Notes under the pieces: generated by a model
Told to the model about the DNA's origin: nothing
What the model saw: the letters and a program-made list of their open reading frames with translations, nothing else
Databases searched by the model: none
Translations under genes and position numbers: made by a program
Assembly (NCBI RefSeq): GCF_006345805.1
Contig: NW_021823983.1
Location: forward strand, 1-20,297
From: Octopus sinensis
Taxonomy: Eukaryota
Direction: 5' to 3'
DNA: 20,297 nt
In this document: positions 11,369-20,297 of the stretch, in pieces
Numbering within the stretch: the stretch's first letter is position 1
Layout: each line of letters opens with the position of its first letter

Positions 11369-12229
11369 CGAAAAATAACAAGTTAAATGATTTTATTTTT
11401 CACGTAAAATCGAAATTGCTAATATCGAAATTACGAACGCTACATTACGAACAAAACAACAGGGAAGTCCCGTGGTTTCTTTAATCGTAAAGAAAACAAA
11501 AAGTGCCACGACCGTGGGGCCGCCAGCTACGCCTTTGGCCCGCGTGCTCGTATAGCAAAACGTAAACATCCGGTGAATTTATGCTCAAGTTACGGTACGA
11601 AGCAATGTCAACAAAACTCTAGCGTGGTGGCTATCGGGAAGATAATACAAAGTTTCGCATACGATCACCGCGTCACCGCCGCTTGTCGTATCAAAAACGT
11701 AAACATCCGGTAAATTTATCCTTCACCTTACGATATGCACCGGGAAAATACACATACGTGGACTGACCCGTATTAAAAAAATCAGACCCGTAAGCTTACG
11801 GATCGGCCCACGCTGGATAGTCACGCTCTAGGTGACCGTCGCACGCCGGTCGCCCGCGTCTCCGCCGCCATACTGTGCGTGAAATCGAAAGCACGAACTA
11901 CACGCGCGCAAAATCGTCCACGTACCGGGGTAAAAACAGCGACGTGGTCCGACCCTTAAGTCGTAGGAGGTGCTCAGAACCGCAAGGAAACGGATCGGCC
12001 CTTCTGATAGTCACGCTCTAGGTGACCGTCGCACCCCAAGGGGGGCCAGAACAATATTAGGGGGTGAACAACAGGCAAAAATTAGCCAGCCGGCAAGATT
12101 CGTATTCTCAGTTAATTTCTGGACGCCTTGCTATACTGTTCCCAGTTCGATATCGTCCTACAACGGTTTGCTTTGCCAAAAATTGTCCGCACTTGCCCGC
12201 GTACGTTAGCTTTTCGCTGTGGTTCGCTC

Positions 12230-13990
12230 CTTCTCTCGCGTTCGTGAGTTCGATATCAGCCAGGACGTCGCGGCCCGTAGCTTTGCGTTTTTATTTATTT
12301 ATTTTATTGTTCGTTCGTTCGGTAGCGTTGCTGTGTTCAGTGATGTTATGTTGGTGAAGTAAACGTCACGAGTTCGATATCAGGCAGGGCCTCGCGGCCC
12401 GAAGCGTAATATTATTTTTTTTTTGTTCGCTCGTTCGGTAGCGTTGCTGTGTTCAGTGATGTTATGTTGGTAAAGTAAACGTCGCGTGTTCGATATCAGG
12501 CAGGGCCTCGCGGCCCGAAGCGTAAAATTTTCTTTTTTTTTTGTTCGCTCGTTCGGTAGCGTTGCTGTGTTCAGTGATGTTTTGTTGGTAAAGTAAACGT
12601 CACGAGTTCGATATCAGGCAGGGCCTCGCGGCCCGAAGCGTAAAACTTTTTCTTTTGTTCGCTCGTTCGGTAGCGTTGCTCGCGTGTTCGATATTAGGCA
12701 GGGCCTCGCGGCCCGAAGCGTAAGATTTTTTTTTTTTTGTTCGCTCGTTCGGTAGCGTTGCTGTGTTCAGTGATGTTTATGTTGGTAAAGTAAACGTCAC
12801 GAGTTCGATACCAGTCAGGGCCTCGCGGCCCGAAGCGTAATATTATTTTTTTCTTTGTTCGCTCGTTCGGTAGCGTTGCTGTGTTCAGTGATGTTATGTT
12901 GGTAAAGTAAACGTCACGAGTTCGATATCAGGCAGGGTCTCGCGGCCCGAAGCGTAAAATTTTTTTTTTTTTTTTGTTCGCTCGTTCGGTAGCGTTGTTG
13001 TTCAGTGATGTTATGTTGGTAAAGTAAACGTCGCGTGTTCGAAATGAGCAGGGCCTCGCGGCCCGAAGCGTATGTATTTTTTTTTTTTCTTTGTTCGCTC
13101 GTTCGGTAGCGTTGCTGTGTTCAGTGATGTTATGTTGGTAAAGTAAACGTCACGAGTTCGATACCAGTCAGGGCCTCGCGGCCCGAAGCGTAATATTATT
13201 TTTTTCTTTTGTTCGCTCGTTCGGTAGCGTTGCTGTGTTCAGTGATGTTATGTTGGTAAAGTAAACGTCACGAGTTCGATATCAGGCAGGGTCTCGCGGC
13301 CCGAAGCGTAATTTTTTTTTTTTTTTTTTGTCGCTCGTTCGGTAGCGTTGCTGTGTTCAGTGATGTTATGTTGGTAAAGTAAACGTCGCGTGTTCGAAAT
13401 GAGGCAGGGCCTCGCGGCCCGAAGCGTAATGTTATTTTTTTTTTTCTTTGTTCGCTCGTTCGGTAGCGTTGCTGTGTTCAGTGATGTTATGTTGGTAAAG
13501 TAAACGTCACGAGTTCGACACCAGTCAGGGCCTCGCGGCCCGAAGCGTAATATTTTTTTTTTTGTTCGCTCGTTCGGTAGCGTTGCTGTGTTCAGTGATG
13601 TTATGTTGGTAAAGTAAACGTCACGTGTTCGATATCAGGCAGGGCCTCGCGGCCCGAAGCGTAGAACTTTTTTTTTTTCTTGTTCGCTCGTTCGGTAGCG
13701 TTGCTGTGTTCAGTGATGTTTTGTTGGTAAAGTAAACGTCACGAGTTCGATAACAGGCAGGGCCTCGCGGCCCGAAGCGTAAAATTTTTTTTTTTTGTTC
13801 GCTCGTTCGGTAGCGTTGCTGTGTTCAGTGATGTTATGTTGGTAAAGTAGCTTTCGCGAGTTTCATATCAGCCAGGGCCTCGCGGTCCGAAGCGTAAGAT
13901 TTCTTTCTTTTTTTTTGTTCGCTCGTTCGGTAGCGTTGCTGTCCCTCGCGAGTTCGATACATGAGCTAGGGCCTCGCGGCACGTAGCGTT
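12230..13990. repeat. ~117-bp tandem array, about 16 units including degenerate ends
   Basis: Hairpin GGGCC-tcgc-GGCCC (or a variant) starts at about 12263, 12387, 12503, 12621, 12701 (short unit), 12818, 12935, 13051, 13171, 13289, 13407, 13528, 13642, 13760, 13875 and 13969. Units carry a variable oligo-T run and gttcgctcgttcggtagcgttgctgtgttcagtgatgttatgttggtaaagtaaacgtc. Confidence 0.97.
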
Positions 13991-14109
13991 GAGTGATTAT
14001 CATACGAAGCTGGTCGTACAAACGTCTCTAAACCGGTCGGTGGTCCCTAGCGGCGGCGTTGCCAATAACTGAAAATGCAGCGGCGACTACGACCGACGCA
14101 TGAGTATAT

Positions 14110-15782
14110 GTGTCCGTGTGATATGGTCGAGGCACGATCGGCAACTCCTGGGGTGAGTTTCCGTATCGAGCACGACTGGGGCCGGCGTGTCGGCGGACGA
14201 ATCCCAAGCACGACAAAAGCCCAGCCAAACGGCGGCGGGAGAATCTCGGGAGAAGATCGCAGTGCTTAAGTAGCAGGTGATTAGGTCGGTCGATAAGTCA
14301 AACTTATAGTCGACGTGAAGCACGAGAGGTGTTTGTGTAATATCGGCGAGGCACGAATCGGCAACTCCTGGGGTGAGTTCTCGGTATCGAGCACGACTGT
14401 GGCCGGCGTGTCGGCGGACGAATCCCAAAGCAAGACAAAAGCCCAGCCAAACGGCGGCGGGAGAATCTCGGAGAAAGATCGCAGTGCTTAAGTAGCAGGT
14501 GATTTAGGTCGGTCGATAAGCCAAACTTATAGTCGACGTGAAGCACAAGAGTGTCAGTATGTGATCGACGAGGCAGGAAGCGGCGATTTCTGAGGTGAGT
14601 TCTCGGTATCGAGCACGAGTGGGGCCGCTGTGCCGGCGGACGACACCGGACTTTCTCGAAACTAATGGTGTCGTCACCCACGTACACGTGGACGTACCCA
14701 CGACCAATGCTGGAACGATGCCACGAGATACACGTGGTTGGTACTGCGACGTGGTCCGTCCCGTAAATTCCCGAAAGATGGAAACTGCGGCGAGTATAAA
14801 GTAGGGGCCGCCAGTAGAAGGGTTGCGCTAGCTGCCCGTTTCTCCGCCGCCCTACCGTGCCCGATCTAGTAAGGCTGATGCGAACCTCGCGGTATCGCCT
14901 TCGTACACGTGGACGTACACGCGACCGATGCCGGAGGGATGTCACGAGATACACGCTGTCGATACAGAGACGTAGTCCGCCCCGTAAAATCCCGAAAGAT
15001 AGCAACTGCGGCGAGTATAAAGTAGAGGCCACCAGCGGCAGGGTTGCGCCAGGCCTGCGCCAATCGCCCGGAGCTCCGCCGCGTTACCGTGCCCGAAATC
15101 GAAAGAACGAACCTACGCTCGGGGTATCGCCACGTAAACCTGGACGTACACGCGACCGATGCCGAAAGGATGTGATGAGATACACGCTGTCGATACAGAG
15201 ACGTGGTCCTTCCCGTAAAGTCCCGAAAGATGGAAACTGCGGCTAGAATAAGGTGGGGGGCCGCCATCGGCAGGCCTGCGGCAGCCTCTCGGAGCTCCGC
15301 CGCCCTAATGTACCCGTTAGAACGAACAGAAGCTCGCGATGTCGTCCACGTACGCGTGGACGTACACGCGACCGTGTACCAGAGTTATCGACGAGGCACG
15401 AAGCGGCGAGTTCTGGGGTGAGTTCTCGGTATCGAGCTCGAGTGAGGCCGCTGTGTCGGCGGACGACACCGGACATTCTCGAAGCTAATGGTGTGACCCA
15501 CGTAAACGTGGACGTACCCGCGACCAATGCTGGAAGGATATCACGAGATACACGCTGTCGATACAGCAACGTGGTCCGTTCCGTAAATTCCCGAAAGATG
15601 GAAACTGCGGCTAGTATAAAGTAGGGGCCGCCAGCGGCAGGGTTGCGCAAGGCCTGCACCAGTCGCCCGTTGCTCCGCCGCGCTACCGTGCCCGAAATCG
15701 AAAGAACGAACCTAAGCTCGCGGTATCGCCCGAGTACACGTGGACGTACCCGCGACCGATGCCGGAAGAGTATCACGAGATA
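14110..15782. repeat. Composite GC-rich repeats: module A (~219-222 bp) and module B (~221-231 bp)
   Basis: Module A marker gaggcacga..cggc....ctggggtgagttctcggtatcgagcacga at ~14129, 14348, 14570, 15392. Module B marker cgtaaa.tcccgaaagat.g.aactgcggc at ~14762, 14983, 15214, 15582. The segment 14565-14950 recurs at 15387-15782. Confidence 0.9.
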
Positions 15783-15805
15783 TACCACACAGCCACTCCT
15801 GCACC
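15783..15805 (-). mobile_element. Probable 5' head fragment of the same SINE family
   Basis: The minus strand reads ggtgcaggagTGGCTGTGTGGta, an A-box-like start matching my recollection of the octopus SINE 5' end. Only 23 nt long. Confidence 0.5.
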
Positions 15806-15844
15806 TATATTCATTTTTCTGCATTTAACACAGCTGAGACGCCG

Positions 15845-16288
<444 letters not shown>

Positions 16289-16681
16289 CTAGCAGTATCG
16301 CCCGGCGTTACTCGGGTTTGTAAGGGAAATAATTATATAAGCATTTTTAGAGATGTAAAGTATAATAGCCATCTCAATATGGCTAACCACAAAGGGGGAG
16401 GGGTGTTACTGTAGCTTTTTACGTTCTGAGATTTAATAATAAATTTTAGAGAGTTACTTCCCTTATATATGTCAAAAATGGATTAAAAATGGGAAAAATT
16501 GATGGTAAATTTTTTTTTTAATCGTAGACTCATCGTAGACGCGCGCTAATACCCAGACGGTCTGGATATGAATCACGACTATAAGATACCCGTTTTGGTT
16601 AAACTGCACCGCAAAATGTGGGAGTAGTTAGGAATCTAAATCGTAGGAGACAGACACACACCTCACTTTTATATATAAAGA
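16289..16681 (-). mobile_element. Non-autonomous Helitron (393 bp)
   Basis: The minus strand starts a|TCTTTATATATAAAAGTGAGGTGTGTGTCTGTC and ends CCCGAgtaacgCCGGG-cgatactg-CTAG|t, with A|T insertion and no coding capacity. Confidence 0.88.
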
Positions 16682-16857
16682 TTTCCTCTATTTACATAAT
16701 ATTGAGGTCTCTTTCTTCTTTTGTTATCTTACTGTTTTTACCAATACACACACACACACACAATATATATATATATATTATAATATATATAGTTTACGAG
16801 ATGTACTTGCATAGCAAGTGACTTGATCTGAGATCGTGTGATGGAACGAAAACATTT

Positions 16858-17110
16858 GCAGCGTTGAAGGTGCTTATAAGCTATTTAAGAAACACACAAA
16901 AACCGTTAGATTCACTTCAACATTAAATTAATTTGTCAAAATATTTTCGTCGCTTTGAGACCGCGACCTGTTAGCACAATATTTTTGTCAGTGAACAGGT
17001 CGCGGTCTCAAAGCGAGGAAAATATTTTGACAAATTAAATTTAAATGTTGAAGGGAATCTAACGGTTTTTGTGTGTTTCTTAAATGGCTTACAAACACCT
17101 TCCACGCTGC
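16858..17110. repeat. Imperfect inverted repeat, ~115-bp arms with a 21-nt spacer
   Basis: Left arm 16858-16972 (gcagcgttgaaggtg...gagaccgcgacctgtt) and right arm 16994-17110 are reverse complements with a handful of substitutions. Confidence 0.93.
16984..17034 (+). ncRNA. Candidate minimal type I hammerhead ribozyme variant (Penelope-like-element type)
   Basis: Manual fold: stem I tttgtca/tgacaaa; core GUGAACA (vs CUGAnGA, G3-C8 swap) plus one extra G; stem II gtcgc/gcga(g; c in the other arm); GAAA; palindromic AAUAUU stem III; UH = UU. Confidence 0.4.
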
Positions 17111-17192
17111 CATATAATATATCACACACATATATATGTATGTATGTTTGTGTGTATATGTGTATGCATGTATGTGTGTGTGTGTGTTGTGC

Positions 17193-17410
17193 GTGTCTGT
17201 GCTTGTGATTGTCCTCCACCACTGCTTGACAACGAATGTTGGTTTGTTTACATCCCTGTCACCTAGTGGTTTGACAAGGAAACAGATAGAATAAGTACAA
17301 TGCTTACAAAAATAAAACTGGAGTTGATTCATTAAACTACAATTCTTCAAAGCATTGCCCCAGCATGGCCACAGACCAATGGCTGGAAAAAGCAGAAGAA
17401 TAAAAGAATA
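17193..17410 (+). mobile_element. Diverged SINE-like repeat, 3' portion
   Basis: Homologous by eye to the reverse complement of 11147-11327; ends in an A-rich tail aaaaagcagaagaataaaagaa. Confidence 0.65.
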
Positions 17411-17451
17411 CAGGCATGAGAAAGTAGTTTACATGAGAAGGCCTAACAGAC

Positions 17452-17601
17452 CTGGTAGAACAGCAGCCAAATCTCCCTCAAATCACACCTTACTGTCTTA
17501 TGTATGTATATATATATGAGCCAATGAGGGGGACCTCTACATGGTAGCTAGACTTGGTAGAAATAGCAGCCAAATTTCCCCCAAATCACACCTTACTGTC
17601 T
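17452..17601 (+). repeat. ~48-bp direct repeat, 2 copies ~100 bp apart
   Basis: tggtagaa..agcagccaaat(c/t)tccc(t/c)caaatcacaccttactgtctt at ~17453 and ~17554. Confidence 0.75.
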
Positions 17602-18179
17602 TTAGAAACACATACATACACACGGCGTATGTTGATGTATGTATGAATGTATGTATTCTTAGAAATATGTTACATATACACACACGTTTATATATATGTA
17701 CACACATACGTACATACACATCTATATGTATATATCTCTTATTATAAAAGGCAGATTTTATCTGCCTCCCTTTGGGAGTTATAGAAATCTACAATATAGG
17801 ATTTCTTCAATTACAATTTACCTAGCAATTTTAAGAGTACAATGCATCGCGTCATGCCAGGTCCAGTTTTTAAAATTTAAACTCCAATTAAGCAAAATTT
17901 ACAGAAAACTCACATTCTGGTGTGTGTGTCAAACGCTTTTCTTAGTCGGTTTACACCACACGCAACGCACACACACACAAAGGGAGCGAATTGTTTCACT
18001 GACGCTACCACCTTCTCCTCCTTTGTCTTTGCAAGTTGGCAGCTATTAAAGTGAAAACAGTGAATCCGACAGCGATTAAGAACACGAATTAGCACCTGAA
18101 TGGAGTGAAAATTTAAAAACTGTTTCTTTCGGTGATTTTTCTGAAGAAACTGCACCAAGCCACAGACTTTCCCAGAAGA

Positions 18180-18377
18180 GTAAAGCCTTACACTATTCTA
18201 TTTACTTTTCGAATGAGCCCATTTGAAATCATTACGGCAGAAACGAACTGTTACGCTAAACGTAAACAAAACGAAAGAAACGATAGTTTGTTATTTCCCA
18301 CAACCTTAAATGAAATTAAGGCCTATTTTACCATAAATATTATTATGGGTATCAGAAAGTTACCCAGAATAACAAAT
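18180..18377 (+). pseudogene. Fragment of a piggyBac-family (DDE_Tnp_1_7, PGBD-like) transposase
   Basis: FEIITAETNCYAKRK...FPTTLNEIKAYFTINIIMGIRKLPRITN matches the piggyBac N-terminal signature I..eTN.YA...t..Ei..f....i.MG....P.i. It is truncated before the catalytic aspartates. Confidence 0.8.
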
Positions 18378-19410
18378 TCTATCGTAAAATTTTTTGTATA
18401 CCCCTTGAATATTAGCTAATAACCCATTTTCTATAGCGATTTTGAACAAAATTTTATAATTTTACAGAAAGTTACCCAGAATAACAAATTCTATCGTAAA
18501 ATTTTGTTGTATACCCAATTGAATATTAGCTAATAACCCATTTTCTATAGCGATGTTTGAACAAAATTTTAATAATTTTACAGAAAGTTACCCAGAATAA
18601 CAAATTCTATCGTAAAATTTTGTTGTATACCCAATTGAATATTAGCTAATAACCCCATTTCTATAGCGATGTTTGAACAAAATTTTAATAATTTTACAGA
18701 AAGTTACCCAGAATAACAAATTCTATCGTAAAATTTTGTTGTATACCCAATTGAATATTAGCTAATAACCCATTTTCTATAGCGATGTTTGAACAAAATT
18801 TTAATAATTTTACAGAAAGTTACCCAGAATAACAAATTCTATCGTAAAATTTTGTTGTATACCCAATTGAATATTAGCTAATAACCCATTTTCTATAGCG
18901 ATGTTTGAACAAAATTTTAATAATTTTACAGAAAGTTACCCAGAATAACAAATTCTATCGTAAAATTTTGTTGTTACCCATTGAATATTAGCTAATAACC
19001 CATTTTCTATAGCGATGTTTGAACAAAATTTTAATAATTTTACAGAAAGTTACCCAGAATAACAAATCTCTATCGTAAAATTTTGTTGTATACCCAATGA
19101 ATATTAGCTAATAACCCATTTTCTATAGCGATGTTTGAACAAAATTTTAATAATTTTACAGAAAGTTACCCAGAATAACATTCTATCGTAAAATTTTGTT
19201 GTATACCCAATTGAATATAGCTAATAACCCATTTTCTATAGCGATGTTTGAACAAAATTTTAATAATTTTACAGAAAGTTACCCAGAATAACAAATTCTA
19301 TCGTAAAATTTTGTTGTATACCCAATTGAATATTAGCTAATAACCCATTTTCTATAGCGATGTTTGAACAAAATTTTAATAATTTTACAGAAAGTTACCC
19401 AGAATAACAA
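18353..19410 (+). repeat. 116-bp AT-rich satellite, 9 units plus 23 nt
   Basis: cagaaagttacccagaataaca starts at 18353, 18465, 18581, 18697, 18813, 18929, 19043, 19159, 19272 and 19388; units are nearly identical apart from small indels. Confidence 0.98.
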
Positions 19411-19688
19411 CGAGCCCTTCAGGTATTAGCGCGCGTCTACGATGAGTCTACGATTTAAAAAAAAATTACGATCATATTTTTCCATTTTAATGCATTTTTT
19501 TCGCTTTTATATAAGGGAAGTAACTCTCTAAAAATATCTACGATGTGTCAATGATTTAAAGAAAAATTTACCTTAATTTTTTTTCAATTTTTAATGCATT
19601 TTTTTGCTATTTTTTGGCTATAACTCTCTAAAAATGCTTATATAGTTATTTCCCTTACAACCCGAGCAACGCCGGGCGATACTGCTAG

Positions 19689-19935
19689 TCTCTTATTATA
19701 AAAGGCAGATTTTATCTGCCTCCTTTGGGAGTTATACAAATCTACAATATAGGATTTCTTCAATTACAATTTACCTAGCAGTTTTAGAGTACAATGCATC
19801 GCGTCATGCCAGGTCCAGTTTTTAAAATTTAAACTCCAATTAAGCAAAATTTACAGAAAACTCACATTCTGGTGTGTGTGTCAAATGCTTTTCTTAGTCT
19901 GGTTTACACACACCACACGCAAACGCACACACACA
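19689..19935 (+). mobile_element. Second copy of the 5' ~245 bp of the preceding Helitron, joined head-to-tail
   Basis: TCTCTTATTATAAAAGGCAGATTTTATCTGCCTCC begins at the base after CTAG and matches 17735-~17978, then diverges at a CA tract. No 3' hairpin or CTAG follows within the window. Confidence 0.88.
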
Positions 19936-20107
19936 GTGTGCTACGAATAAAGTGAAACTAATTCAGTGTGTTGACAGGTAGACAATAGAATGCGATGACG
20001 ACTATGACGCTGATAGATACATGAGTAAAATGTATGGGAAGCTAACACATAAGAGTGAGTGAAAATGTTCTTGGAAGAGAGTAAATAGCCAGAGAGTAAT
20101 AAAGTAA

Positions 20108-20283
20108 ACATACACTCATACATACATACATACATACATACATACACATACACACACACATACATACATACACACATACATACATACACACATACATACA
20201 TACATATACATACATACACATATACATACATACATACATATCATACATACATACACACACACACACACATACACACACACACA
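20108..20283. repeat. (TACA)n/(CA)n microsatellite
   Basis: Directly visible. Confidence 0.97.
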
Positions 20284-20297
20284 GTATTGAAGCTTGA

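Larger units (their letters stand above)
11369..15782. other. 4.4-kb CpG-rich unclassified modular repeat block
   Basis: Abrupt change from AT/microsatellite DNA to CpG-dense DNA, built from several internal repeat families. 11846-11965 is a diverged relative of the modules at 14740-15780 (gtcgcccg..ctccgccgc..tac.gtgc..gaaatcgaaag.acgaac). Confidence 0.7.
17735..19688 (+). mobile_element. Non-autonomous composite Helitron (1954 bp) carrying a piggyBac fragment and a satellite
   Basis: Starts a|TCTCTTATTATAAAAGGCAG with a 5' hairpin aggcagat-ttt-atctgcct (17749-17767). Ends CCCGAgcaacgCCGGG-cgatactg-CTAG at 19688. Confidence 0.85.

Noticed and set aside
11788-11831. Helitron 3' end (palindrome followed by CTAG)
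   Set aside because: The CTAG lies ~26 nt after the palindrome and is followed by G rather than T, unlike the 8-nt spacing of the real termini in this window.
12380-12410. Hammerhead ribozyme in the 117-bp unit (GGGCCtcgcGGCCC-GAAG-CGTA)
   Set aside because: A stem II-like hairpin is present, but there is no CUGAnGA-type core upstream, GAAG replaces GAAA, and no stem I can be formed.
12230-13990. CRISPR array
   Set aside because: There are no unique spacers, whole units repeat, no cas genes are present and the context is eukaryotic.
16858-17110. MITE with terminal inverted repeats
   Set aside because: No target-site duplication is evident, and the arms are asymmetric truncations of one motif, so an inverted retroelement remnant fits better. 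Not fully excluded.
18132-18419. Functional piggyBac-derived gene
   Set aside because: Only ~65 aa are homologous, catalytic residues are absent, no TTAA-flanked TIRs are seen, and the frame runs into a satellite.

Overview
Eukaryotic, repeat-saturated, apparently non-genic DNA. Recalled SINE-like motifs and the microsatellite style suggest a cephalopod such as Octopus (inference). No host gene, rRNA, tRNA or CRISPR array is supported. The first 11.1 kb holds two near-identical but distinct Rep/Helicase-encoding Helitrons arranged tail-to-tail around a 118-bp (TA)n tract, forming a >10 kb quasi-palindrome. Copy A (+) has its 5' end outside the window and retains the catalytic motifs. Copy B (-, 5457-11106) has both termini but carries microhomology-flanked deletions and a HUH motif change. 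Many 1-2 nt frameshifts differ between the copies, and those I compared look like long-read errors. Next is a 4.4-kb CpG-rich unclassified modular block (11369-15782) that appears to split a SINE; it contains a ~117-bp tandem array with a 3-mer higher-order repeat and ~222/231-bp modules. The last 4.5 kb holds a small non-autonomous Helitron, a 250-bp inverted repeat with a candidate variant minimal hammerhead ribozyme, and a larger non-autonomous Helitron carrying a piggyBac transposase fragment and a 116-bp satellite, fused by a precise CTAG|TC head-to-tail junction to a second copy of its own 5' end. No clearly new biological system can be established from sequence alone; the best leads are the unclassified modular block, the variant hammerhead and the Helitron junction geometries.
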